A model generated the notes under the pieces. The model was not told the DNA's origin. It worked only from the letters and a program-made list of their open reading frames with translations, and did no database searches. 64,000 nt of DNA, taken from positions 10,980-74,979 of the forward strand of contig CAYYQL010000011.1 in NCBI GenBank assembly GCA_964473825.1. The letters are read 5' to 3'. This DNA is from an uncultured archaeon (GTDB lineage: Archaea > Asgardarchaeota > Thorarchaeia > Thorarchaeales > Thorarchaeaceae). Shown in pieces: positions 8,661-17,801 of this stretch (position 1 is the stretch's first letter; each line of letters starts with the position of its first letter). A program made the translations under genes and the position numbers.

Positions 8661-10106
8661 TTGGACATTAAGAAGATCGACAATAATCTCTACGAAATAC
8701 CAAAGGGCACCAAGCCCTGTATGAAAGTGCCTGTACGAATCTACGCATCAGATACTCTGATTGACAAGATGAAACAAGACAACACACTCAATCAGAGCAT
8801 CAATGTTGCTTGTCTCCCCGGCATTCAACAGAAGAGCATCGTTCTTCCTGACGGGCATCAGGGTTATGGCTTTCCGATTGGCGGCGTGGCCGCGATAGAT
8901 TACAATGAAGGAGTCATCTCGCCTGGGGGAGTAGGCTACGACATCAACTGTGGAGTGCGAGTGCTTAGGACCAATCTTAGAGAAGATGATGTTACCCCAA
9001 AGCTGCGAGAGCTGGTGGATAGGCTCTTCGACAAGATTCCAAGTGGCGTTGGTAGTACTAGCAAAGTCAATCTTCGCAGTGAAGGCGGAGTAGATGAGGT
9101 TCTCAATCTTGGAGCAAAATGGAACATAGAGAATGGGTATGGCTGGGAGGAAGACCTCAAGCACACCGAGGCGAACGGGAGTCTAGAGGTAGCAGATGCA
9201 TCCAAGGTCTCAGCTCAAGCCAAGGGACGAGGCAACAGACAGGTAGGTACTCTTGGTTCTGGAAACCACTTCTTGGAAGTTCAGGCGGTAGATGAAATCT
9301 ATGACGAAGAGAGCGCCAAAGCCTTTGGAATTGAGGAGACCGGTCAGATAACGGTGATGATTCACAGTGGATCTCGCGGCCTTGGCCACCAAGTCTGTAG
9401 CGACTACATCAAGACCATGACTAGGGCGATGAAGAAGTATAACATAGATGTGCCCGACAGAGAGTTGTGCAGTGCACCGGTGACCTCTGACGAAGGACAG
9501 GCATATCTCGCGGCAATGAGCGCTGCAGCTAACTATGCGTGGGCTAACAGGCAGACTATGATGCACTGGACCAGAGAAACCTTCGGTAAAGTCTTTGGTC
9601 AGTCACCAGAGGATTTGGACATGCAGCTGATATACGATGTTGCTCACAACATGGCGAAGGTTGAAGAGCACGAGATAGAGGGGAAGAAGAAGAAGGTGGT
9701 CGTCCATAGGAAGGGTGCCACCCGAGCATTCCCGCCACATCACCCTGAAACACCAGAACTCTACAAGAAGATTGGACAACCAGTTCTGATTCCAGGCACG
9801 ATGGGCACCGCTTCCTATATCCTCAGAGGCGATGCACGGGGAATGGATCTGACATTTGGTTCAACTGCTCACGGTGCTGGCCGAGTGATGAGTCGAACTC
9901 AGGCCAAACGTGACTTCTATGGCAAAGATGTACAAAAGAAACTTGCTAGTGAGGGAATCCTCGTGCGTGCACCTAGAGCCGTTGGTATTGCAGAAGAAGC
10001 GCCTGGAGCATACAAGGACGTTGACGAGGTCGTTCGTGTATCACATGAAGCAGGAATCGCAACATTGGTGGCAAGACTAAGACCCATGGGTGTCATGAAA
10101 GGCTAG
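8661..10106 (+). CDS. rtcB: tRNA-splicing/RNA 3'-phosphate ligase RtcB
   Basis: LPDGHQGYGFPIGGV, GYDINCGVR, GTLGSGNHFLE, HSGSRG, YDVAHN, HRKGATRA, HGAGR, EEAPGAYK. Confidence 0.98.
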   Translation: MDIKKIDNNLYEIPKGTKPCMKVPVRIYASDTLIDKMKQDNTLNQSINVACLPGIQQKSIVLPDGHQGYGFPIGGVAAIDYNEGVISPGGVGYDINCGVRVLRTNLREDDVTPKLRELVDRLFDKIPSGVGSTSKVNLRSEGGVDEVLNLGAKWNIENGYGWEEDLKHTEANGSLEVADASKVSAQAKGRGNRQVGTLGSGNHFLEVQAVDEIYDEESAKAFGIEETGQITVMIHSGSRGLGHQVCSDYIKTMTRAMKKYNIDVPDRELCSAPVTSDEGQAYLAAMSAAANYAWANRQTMMHWTRETFGKVFGQSPEDLDMQLIYDVAHNMAKVEEHEIEGKKKKVVVHRKGATRAFPPHHPETPELYKKIGQPVLIPGTMGTASYILRGDARGMDLTFGSTAHGAGRVMSRTQAKRDFYGKDVQKKLASEGILVRAPRAVGIAEEAPGAYKDVDEVVRVSHEAGIATLVARLRPMGVMKG

Positions 10107-11024
10107 TGGCGCCTTTCGATTCGTGCGTGCAAGGTCTGTAAGCACAAGAGCAATTCCTATCAATATCACAAAGAATCCAACGAAGGTGATTGGCAGCGGA
10201 ATCTCATTCAGGAACACTGCTGCCAATAGAGTTGCACCTACGGGTTCACCCAACACTGCAGCAGACACTACATAGGCTGGAACCAGTGTGAGCAGGTAAT
10301 TGTTCACAGAGTGCCCGAGAACTGTAGGAAAGATAGCCAAAGCCAGGAAGAGCATCAGCTCTCTGGGTTCAAGAACAACCACATTGACACCCTGCACCAA
10401 ACAAAGAACGAGAGTGAATCCAGATGCAGCGATGTAGACAATTGAAGTATAGACAGTGATGGGTATACCGCGAGCAAATCTACGCCCTCCTATGAAATAC
10501 AGTGCCAGAAAGAATGCGCTTAGCAGAGCCAGCAGGTCGCCGCTGAGTGCCCCATAACCTGAGGATACAAGGTCACTCCAAGCAAGAAGAATGGCACCTG
10601 ATACAGCAATGAGAATTCCACCCCAAGACTTTCGGCTGAGCCTCTCTTTGAGTACGAAAGTGGAGAGCAGAGCTGTGAAGATAGGTGAACTATCAGTCAG
10701 AACCACGCTTGCAGCTACAGTTGTCAGAAAGAGAGACGTAAACCACGCAGAGAAATGAAGACAGAGAAACAGGCCAATTATCGCAAACCACTTCCAGTGA
10801 TCACGTACCGTTTGCTGAGACTGAGTCGTATAGTCACCTCGCATAAGGCCAATAGATGCCATCAGGATGGCACCAAGAAGTGTTCTCCAGAAGACTATGA
10901 CAAGAGGAGGGGAATGACTCAACCGAATGAGAATGCTGGCACTAGAGACCATAGAAACGGATAGGACCAACAGAAGCACAACTCGTGGACTGTCTTCTGG
11001 CTCGGTTTCGATTTTGTGATTCAT
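10077..11024 (-). CDS. EamA/DMT family 10-TM transporter
   Basis: Two EamA repeats (SPIFTALLSTFVLKERL, GDLLAL, GEPVGATLLAAVFLNE). Start taken at ATG 11024; 3' end overlaps rtcB by 30 nt. Confidence 0.9.
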   Translation of the reverse strand: MNHKIETEPEDSPRVVLLLVLSVSMVSSASILIRLSHSPPLVIVFWRTLLGAILMASIGLMRGDYTTQSQQTVRDHWKWFAIIGLFLCLHFSAWFTSLFLTTVAASVVLTDSSPIFTALLSTFVLKERLSRKSWGGILIAVSGAILLAWSDLVSSGYGALSGDLLALLSAFFLALYFIGGRRFARGIPITVYTSIVYIAASGFTLVLCLVQGVNVVVLEPRELMLFLALAIFPTVLGHSVNNYLLTLVPAYVVSAAVLGEPVGATLLAAVFLNEIPLPITFVGFFVILIGIALVLTDLARTNRKAPLAFHDTHGS

Positions 11025-11037
11025 GTCTGCACACCAA

Positions 11038-11526
11038 CTAAGCAGTAGAGCCCCCGCATAGAACACATACATGGTGATTATCTGATATGGAAGCGACTTC
11101 AGACTCGCAGTGCGTGCACTCTCTCACGACCAGGTTCCTGAAGTCGATGCCTTCCAGTATCGACTGGACATCGATTGTATCTTCGTAGTTAAAGAGGGCT
11201 TTCCCTCTTGCTCCTAGAACCATGCGGGAAAGGCGATCACTGCCTGCCTGTCGGAAAAGCAAAAGGGGTTTACAAAGCTCAATAGCCAGCATTATCTCCA
11301 TTCCGACACCCAGAGAAGGGTTGCTAACTTCACCGACAAGAAAGTCTGACTCTCGTACCCACTGCACATCCCGCAGATATATCTCTCGAGGCTCTAGGGG
11401 AGCAAGAAACTGAGGTGCAAAGACCTCAATGCCCTGCTTCTGGAGAGTTTCCACTACAACACTGTAAAAGTCCCTCTTCTGGAGGTGTTTGTGGATTATC
11501 GGACCGGAGAGATAGGCATGGAGCAT
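11038..11526 (-). CDS. Nucleoside 2-deoxyribosyltransferase/DNPH1(Rcl)-like N-glycosidase with C-terminal Cys motifs
   Basis: AYLSGPI, IYLRDVQWVRESDFLVGEVSNPSLGVGMEI, LSRMV; CTHC...CVLC tail. Start at ATG 11526. Confidence 0.82.
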   Translation of the reverse strand: MLHAYLSGPIIHKHLQKRDFYSVVVETLQKQGIEVFAPQFLAPLEPREIYLRDVQWVRESDFLVGEVSNPSLGVGMEIMLAIELCKPLLLFRQAGSDRLSRMVLGARGKALFNYEDTIDVQSILEGIDFRNLVVRECTHCESEVASISDNHHVCVLCGGSTA

Positions 11527-11539
11527 TGCTGGCCACCAA

Positions 11540-11914
11540 TCAGTCTGAATCGGTTCTTGTCTGGGATCCCGATTGATCCATTCGGCCCATAAGGTCTGAT
11601 ACCTCGGGTACCGTACCGTCATCCTCAACAACTTCCAACTTGCCAGAGCGCCCAAGGGATAACTGAGGTTTGCCTTGCCACTCTTTGGCCCACCCATCAG
11701 TGATTTTAAGAACATCGCCGGTCATCAAATCGGAGCCTTCGCCAAATCCCCATAAGGTCAAGATGATTGTGCCGCTTTCGTCGCCAACCAACAGTTCGGT
11801 CAGCTGTGTCTTCCGTCCTCCCCGTGTGCGTATTATCCGAGGTGGAGCTTTCGAGATAACACGAACAATGACCTCTGACACATTCTCGTTAGTTTCGATG
11901 TCTTCTATCTTCAA
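11540..11914 (-). CDS. ssb: Single-OB-fold ssDNA-binding protein (crenarchaeal SSB/RPA-like)
   Basis: VIVRVISKAPPRII, LVGDESGTIILTLW, GDVLKITDGW...WQGKPQLSLGRSG. Start uncertain (11914 or 11938). Confidence 0.85.
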   Translation of the reverse strand: MKIEDIETNENVSEVIVRVISKAPPRIIRTRGGRKTQLTELLVGDESGTIILTLWGFGEGSDLMTGDVLKITDGWAKEWQGKPQLSLGRSGKLEVVEDDGTVPEVSDLMGRMDQSGSQTRTDSD

Positions 11915-12013
11915 CAGTTGTTCCCTACAGTATCCCAAGAACTCCGTTTAATTGAGTCTTCCGAGACGACCATAGAGAGATTGTAATCTAAGAAAGCGGG
12001 CTGCAAACACTGC

Positions 12014-13819
12014 CTACTCGTCTTCTTCGTCGGGCTCCTTGGGGTTAATTATCTCCTCAAGCTCTGCTAAGGCATCATCATCCACAGTATGGGGGCTATC
12101 GCCCTCGGTTTTGTCATTGGGAGGAGGAGTCTTGTCATCGAGGAGACCCAAGATTCTGTCTAAGTCATGAAGCTCATCTTCGGCAAGTTCATCAGGAGTC
12201 TCAAGTTCTCTTCCGTTCGGGGTCACAGTTTCTTCGCACTTCAACGCATCTAGAGCCGTATCGAGGTCATCGGGATCTGAATTGTCTATCTCCGCACTGA
12301 TTATGTCATCTGCATCTAGTTTCTCAGAAAGGAGCTCCTTGACCAGGTGCATCTCATCAGTTTCCGCTCGGGGGGGTATCTCGCTTGTTTCCTCCATCTC
12401 GGGTTCGGAGGGTACTTCGACGGATATGTCTTCCATTTCGCTTTCGTCTTCGACCTCAATCTCGAACTCTTCGTCAGGAGCCTCAGATGGAGATTCTTCC
12501 TCCTCTTGCACGGGAATTATCTCGTACTCGTTCTTGGCTTCGGATGCAGCCTCGGTCTCTTCAACGAGAACTAGCTCGGTCGATGATGCGCGTATCGGCT
12601 CTGCGATGTCTTCGGAAGCAACAGTTTCATCCACACCCTCTTCAACCTCCTCTTCCTCGGCGCCCTCTTCAGCAACCTCGAAATCTGCCGTGGGTCTTGA
12701 AACAGGAGGCTCATCCATCCCCTCATCAGGCTCTTCAACTTCAAGTCCCTCCTCACCCTCTTCGACCTCCACCTCCTCAATGAGCTCGTCGATTATCTCG
12801 TAATCATCTGTGTCCTCAATGATATGACCCTCCTCGTCGACATACACCTCTTCAACGACCTCAACCGTTTCGTATTCTTCGTCCTCATCTCGGCCTCGAA
12901 GGTCCACCTCGGAGGCCTTCTCAGCGGCCTCATCGCTGAATTTCAAGAGTTCGCGTGCAGGAAGGTCCGGAAGGACTACTCCGACATACTGCGCAGCAGC
13001 ATTCATCAGAATCCGCAGCATCTCATCACGGCGTTCTTTGTCAATGGCCACCATGGGGTATGTTGGAATTCCCAAGATCTTTTGAACTACCTCGGGATTC
13101 ATTGCATTCGGTTTGTCTTGCTTGTTGGCAAGCGCAAAGATTGGAACCTTTGGGGCGTCACGACGGATCAGCTTGAGTATGTCCTTACTGATGATGACAT
13201 TCCTTAGGGTAGAATCGCATACCAAGAAGATCACATCTGCACCGTGGAAGTAGAAGCGCCAGAGTGTTCTGAAACGTTCCTGGCCAGCGAAATCCCACAA
13301 GACCAAGCTGTAGTTGCCAAACCGTATGTTCTCGACAGTTTCCAGGTTCAGAGCTATGGTGGGCACGTACTGCTTCGGAGGGGTATCTCCAAGTAACAAA
13401 TGCAGCGTTGTCGTCTTTCCGACACCACCTTCCCCCACAAGAGCAATCTTTAGACGCGTAGTCACTGAGGGCTCGATGAGAGATTCATAGTGCTCAATCA
13501 GCTTGTCTAGACCCTGTTTTTCAAGGGTTCTCCGTAGTGACTTAACTGCATTTTCCATGCGTTCAAAGATTGAGTGTTCATCCTCACTAGTATCAGTGAC
13601 GAATACCAAGAGAAGGTCTTTGACTAACTCATGACCGTGATATTTGTCATCCCCGATGATCAGGGGAATCTCAGACATCGAACTATCAGCTGACCGTAGA
13701 TCGGACCTGGTTTCAACGAACTCTGTAACTTCTTCTGACAAGACCTGCACGGGCCAATACTGGGTCGAGGCAAGTACTTTGTTGTTGGAAACACGGACCA
13801 GGAATGTATTATGAATCAA
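12014..13819 (-). CDS. Longin-like domain + Arf/Rab-like small GTPase + long acidic disordered tail
   Basis: GEGGVGKTT, YVPTI, WDFAGQERFRTLWRFYF, ANKQD; N-terminal ~120 aa with a longin-like beta/alpha pattern; C-terminal ~320 aa dominated by E/D/P. Confidence 0.85.
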   Translation of the reverse strand: MIHNTFLVRVSNNKVLASTQYWPVQVLSEEVTEFVETRSDLRSADSSMSEIPLIIGDDKYHGHELVKDLLLVFVTDTSEDEHSIFERMENAVKSLRRTLEKQGLDKLIEHYESLIEPSVTTRLKIALVGEGGVGKTTTLHLLLGDTPPKQYVPTIALNLETVENIRFGNYSLVLWDFAGQERFRTLWRFYFHGADVIFLVCDSTLRNVIISKDILKLIRRDAPKVPIFALANKQDKPNAMNPEVVQKILGIPTYPMVAIDKERRDEMLRILMNAAAQYVGVVLPDLPARELLKFSDEAAEKASEVDLRGRDEDEEYETVEVVEEVYVDEEGHIIEDTDDYEIIDELIEEVEVEEGEEGLEVEEPDEGMDEPPVSRPTADFEVAEEGAEEEEVEEGVDETVASEDIAEPIRASSTELVLVEETEAASEAKNEYEIIPVQEEEESPSEAPDEEFEIEVEDESEMEDISVEVPSEPEMEETSEIPPRAETDEMHLVKELLSEKLDADDIISAEIDNSDPDDLDTALDALKCEETVTPNGRELETPDELAEDELHDLDRILGLLDDKTPPPNDKTEGDSPHTVDDDALAELEEIINPKEPDEEDE

Positions 13820-13990
13820 CAGTCTTTCACCAGTGATATGAAGCTAGCCTATCGCTTGGAATCATCTTTCAATATATATGTAAATCAATCCTTGACGGAC
13901 TCAAGGTAACTTGAGCCATTCATACAAAGGATACGAAGATAGTCCGCTATGCTAATATCTCAGAGAGATGCCCGAGAGAGCCGGTGAACC

Positions 13991-14911
13991 ATGTTTCTTC
14001 TCAGACCTGGATCAAGCGATAGGTTCGAAGACCTCGCGATGCTCTACAACGTAGTGAATAGCTATGACAACCCCGATCACCGCAATATTGGGTCAGAATA
14101 TGTCACAGGGCTCTTCTCGCGCCGAGAAGCAACACCTGACAAAAACACCATATTGGCACTAGATGCTGAGGACAGACTAGTGGGTTCGTCTGTGTTCTTT
14201 CCACGAACACCTCACAAGGGTCTCTATTCATTGACAGTACAAGTCCATCCGGACTCCAGAAGGCAAGGCATAGGCACATCGCTGCTGAAAGAGTCAGAGC
14301 TCAAAGCCGAGAAAGCAACCATGTTCGTCGGCAGTATTCCCAGCTTCAGAAAGGGCTCCATCAACTTCGCCACAAAGAGGGAATTCCTGAAAGTCGGCAA
14401 ACTCGAGAAGATGAAACTGAAATCATTGGAGGGTATCAATCGTCCCGAACCAATATCAGACTATTCTCTTCGAGAAGCTCGAGATACCGATTCGTCAGAG
14501 TGGGGTAAATTGCAGAACGAAGCATTCAATGGGCATTTTCGCTACAAGCCAGTATCGGACGAATACTACAACAGAATGACGCAAAGAAGAGCCTTTGTGC
14601 CTGAGCTCAGCTTGGTCATGGTACATGATGGACAGATCATCGCTTACTGCTTAGGACTAGTACAACACAATTCGAATCAGTCCAACGGAGGGCGTCTGCT
14701 GATTCAAGGCCTCGGAGTAAGACGGGACCATCGCGGCAGAGGATTGGGTCTGAATCTGCTGACAGAGGTTCTCGCTCGAGCACGAGGGATGGGTGTTGAG
14801 TATTCGGTCTTGGTTGTAGACAGTGAAGCGATACCAGCTATGTCGTTATACCGGAAGGTAGGTTACAAACGACGATACAGCATACTCTGGTTTCAAAAGA
14901 AACTGGACTGA
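13991..14911 (+). CDS. Tandem GNAT acetyltransferase (MshD-like architecture)
   Basis: Two acetyl-CoA motifs (VHPDSRRQGIGTSLL, VRRDHRGRGLGLNLL) and AMSLYRKVGY. Confidence 0.9.
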   Translation: MFLLRPGSSDRFEDLAMLYNVVNSYDNPDHRNIGSEYVTGLFSRREATPDKNTILALDAEDRLVGSSVFFPRTPHKGLYSLTVQVHPDSRRQGIGTSLLKESELKAEKATMFVGSIPSFRKGSINFATKREFLKVGKLEKMKLKSLEGINRPEPISDYSLREARDTDSSEWGKLQNEAFNGHFRYKPVSDEYYNRMTQRRAFVPELSLVMVHDGQIIAYCLGLVQHNSNQSNGGRLLIQGLGVRRDHRGRGLGLNLLTEVLARARGMGVEYSVLVVDSEAIPAMSLYRKVGYKRRYSILWFQKKLD

Positions 14912-14953
14912 TGGGCTGGTATGTCCCGATTATGAAGTAGTGTACCTTGAGAA

Positions 14954-15229
14954 GGATGCTTGTTTAGGAGCGGGGTTCGCCAGGCCGAAGCCTGAAGAGG
15001 CGAACCTTCCGCATCCGTCAGGTCATATAGACCAACCCAACTACAAGGCGCACGAAACAATATAGAATGCGCAAGTTTGCAAGGGAATCTTGCAAGGGGA
15101 CCAATGCTGGAAACTCTTTTTTTGGGACCAATATTGCGAATGCGAGTTTCCGACGGGGAAATTCGAACGCCCTATATTTGAGCTCTCGAAGTGCGGAACT
15201 CGAAACGAATTCGGAACCGCATCATTCGC
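14954..15229. ncRNA. Candidate structured non-coding element(s), family unknown
   Basis: Several hand-identified helices, including a C(UUCG)G tetraloop hairpin on the minus strand, inside a 555-nt gap with no credible ORF. Confidence 0.35.
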
Positions 15230-15466
15230 AGCACAGCCATTGTATATGAATCTTGTTAGTTCTCAGGCTCTGTGTGAAAAGTCGACGAAAGGACAAGAAT
15301 TAGAAACATTCACACTATACCGTGCACGAATCTCAAAGGCGTCATCGCTTTTTGTGACCGTAATAATCCATGGTTGATGAGTTTTCATACAGCGCCTAGT
15401 TCTCAGATACACGTAAGGCACAACATCTCACCCATCCGAATTCTGATAGAACCAGACAAGAAACAT

Positions 15467-16606
15467 CTAGCGGGGGAAATTGTCACGTAGTAACCTTAGA
15501 TGTTGATGAACCATTTCACGAGCTCGTGAGTCGTCAGGTGTTTTCTCAAGCTCGGTGATAAGGTCTTGGAGGAAGTACTCGGGGAAGAATAGCCGCACCC
15601 GGATGTCGTTAAGCAGAAAGAGCCATTTGTCAAATTCTCCAGAGGGGCCCTTTCGCCTCTTCTCGGAGATCACACGGTATTTTTTCAGATTCTCAATTGC
15701 AGCTCTGAGCTCTTTGGGGGGAATGCCAAGCGACGCTTCCAATTCTGCCACACTTACTGGGCGGGTTCGGACTTCTGTCAAGACATCATAACAATCTGGA
15801 TCTGCAAGAATCTCGGCTATAGCCACCGTATCTTCAGGTGTTTTGGTCCATTCGGTAAGAAACTCAAGAACCTCAGCTTTGTATTGGGCAGCCAACTCAG
15901 GATCAAGAATCTCAGTTGAGGACTCCATGGCCGTCAGGGGTGGTGCTCTGAACACTTCAAGGTCCTTTATCATGAAGACACAGGTTCGCCCAATCTCGTC
16001 GACCCACTCGCTTTTCACCAAGCCCAGCTCCTCAAATGGAGAGAGTATCGAGTCAACACTTACACTGGGAAGGCCCGTGACCATCTTGAGCCACTCTTCA
16101 AGATCCTCTTTGGAAATACCACCCTTCCAGAGCTTTGGAAATACCGCACGAGATACCTCGTCATAGAACAAGCGCGCCAAACGGCTCTCATCGGTCATTC
16201 CCGCAAGGCGAATTATCCGACGATAGGTGTTATCAAGTTCTTCCTTGAGTTCGTCATCCGTCATGGATATGACTGCATTTGTGATGGGAGAAACAACAGA
16301 TGTGATTGCAGCCTCGTATGTCTTGGGATCCTCTGATGGAGTCAGTAAGAGAGAGATACAGTACTGCTCCTCTTCTCGTACAATTCCTGTATAGTAGGAT
16401 GCGACATTATATTCCTCACCGCCAATTCGAATACTGAGCGTAGAAAATCCCGCGGCGGCATCACCCATCGCGTGAGAAGTAAAGATTCTCATGGCTTCGG
16501 TGTTCAAATCTTCGCGATAATAGTCCGCGAAATCATCCGGCACTTTCGCCTTCAGAACGGCACCAATCTTACTGTCCCAATCGATTAGGAGCATAGCAAC
16601 GGGCAT
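15467..16606 (-). CDS. uDENN/longin + tandem winged-helix protein (NPRL2-like architecture)
   Basis: N-terminal LLIDWDSKIGAVLKAKVPDDF fits the uDENN/NPRL2 start pattern; two wHTH-like segments (ISKEDLEEW...FEELGLV; VSVAELEASLG...LKKYRVI). Confidence 0.6.
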   Translation of the reverse strand: MPVAMLLIDWDSKIGAVLKAKVPDDFADYYREDLNTEAMRIFTSHAMGDAAAGFSTLSIRIGGEEYNVASYYTGIVREEEQYCISLLLTPSEDPKTYEAAITSVVSPITNAVISMTDDELKEELDNTYRRIIRLAGMTDESRLARLFYDEVSRAVFPKLWKGGISKEDLEEWLKMVTGLPSVSVDSILSPFEELGLVKSEWVDEIGRTCVFMIKDLEVFRAPPLTAMESSTEILDPELAAQYKAEVLEFLTEWTKTPEDTVAIAEILADPDCYDVLTEVRTRPVSVAELEASLGIPPKELRAAIENLKKYRVISEKRRKGPSGEFDKWLFLLNDIRVRLFFPEYFLQDLITELEKTPDDSRAREMVHQHLRLLRDNFPR

Positions 16607-16723
16607 CTTCTTCTTACTCCCGGTCCCTTAGAGGCCTTGTCAGAGGGGGGTATTTCTCAATAGGATGCATGTTGTCTATCTAAAAAAGCTTGTCACTTTT
16701 TCGACCGCGAATCAGATTTTCCA

Positions 16724-17377
16724 CTAAACAACATGACCGGATAGCTCACGGCGAATCTCTGAAAGAATCTTCGCTACTACCTGTTGCAGAGGCTTCGTTG
16801 CATCGACAACGCAGTAGTTTGCTTCGTCTTCACGACTCATCTCGAGGTAGGCCTGACGAACTTCGACTAACCGATCAAGATGTTCGAACTGCTTGTTTGT
16901 TTCACATCCCCGGCCACCTATACGGTAGAGGCCTTCTTCCGCAGGTATATCTAGAATGAATACGATATCGGGCTCGGGTGGAGATATTTCCACACGGTTT
17001 CTGTGTAAGATAGCTTGCCAAGGAATACCGGTACTGACGGACTGATATGCTCCAGTGGCAAAGTAATACCGGTCCAATATGATGATCTTGTTCTGTCGAA
17101 GTGCAGGACGAATTCGTTCCTTGATGTGCCACTGACGGTCCTTGATGAAGAGGTCAAGCTCCTCCTCTGGGGTCAGTTCTCCTTCAGGTGACCTCCTCCG
17201 TATCTCCTGCCCCCACTGACTCTCATCTGTCGGCTCTCGTAGACGTATATTCATGAAACCTTCTGAGGTCAGTTCTTCAGACAATCTATCTGCAACAACC
17301 GTCTTGCCGGCACCGTCGATGCCTTCTAAGACGAAGAGGAACCCTCTGTCCAGTTGCTTGTAGTCCTCATTATTCAA
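16724..17377 (-). CDS. tmk: Thymidylate (dTMP) kinase
   Basis: VLEGIDGAGKT, REP, LF.KDR, ILDRY, AYQ, PDIVFILD. Confidence 0.95.
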   Translation of the reverse strand: MNNEDYKQLDRGFLFVLEGIDGAGKTVVADRLSEELTSEGFMNIRLREPTDESQWGQEIRRRSPEGELTPEEELDLFIKDRQWHIKERIRPALRQNKIIILDRYYFATGAYQSVSTGIPWQAILHRNRVEISPPEPDIVFILDIPAEEGLYRIGGRGCETNKQFEHLDRLVEVRQAYLEMSREDEANYCVVDATKPLQQVVAKILSEIRRELSGHVV

Positions 17378-17518
17378 TCAAAGTCACCGCAACAGCAAGA
17401 AACAAGGATGTCGCAAGCCTGAAGGTTTTAGGTTCTTCGGTGAGAAGATTCCAGCCGATAAAGAAACATCTCCAAAACGTATATCTTTGAAGCAATTACT
17501 ATGTGCTCATAGGACTTG

Positions 17519-17746
17519 AAGGGGACGTAGTGTCTGAATGTCAATAAGGCGCCTTCTGGGGGAGAATCAATCTCCGTCGAATGGAAAGTCGTCTGGGTGG
17601 CTCTCTTCAAGAAGAAATTGCGAAACAAACTTGCCATCGCGTTCGTTCTTAACTTGGTCCCCTTGCAGAGTTATCCAATCCGGCGACCCATATTCCGAAA
17701 GGCGCCTAATCGATGACATTCGCCACGAAGACCAGATTTTTGGCAA
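17519..17746 (+). ncRNA. Candidate novel structured RNA (~230 nt)
   Basis: Nested helices span the whole element, with G-U pairs favouring the + strand and two extra long-range complementarities. No match recognised to SRP, RNase P or 5S RNA. Confidence 0.5.
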
Positions 17747-17801
17747 CGGTAATGCTTAAATTCAGTATGAAGAGGTTGTAGGTCAACCAATCCTACAACT
17801 G

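Noticed and set aside
12014-12900. Repetitive tc-rich DNA as a tandem repeat or CRISPR array
   Set aside because: It is the reverse complement of Glu/Asp codons in an acidic protein tail, with no fixed repeat-spacer period. No cas genes are in the window.
15067-15377. Short ORFs in the 14.9-15.5 kb gap
   Set aside because: No RBS, atypical composition, and they overlap sequence better explained by base-paired structure.
17519-17746. RNase P RNA (GGAAAGTC), SRP RNA or a canonical cobalamin riboswitch
   Set aside because: No ACAGAA...GCUUA/P4 partner, no SRP helix-8 motif, and only fragmentary B12-box similarity. Kept as an unknown RNA instead.
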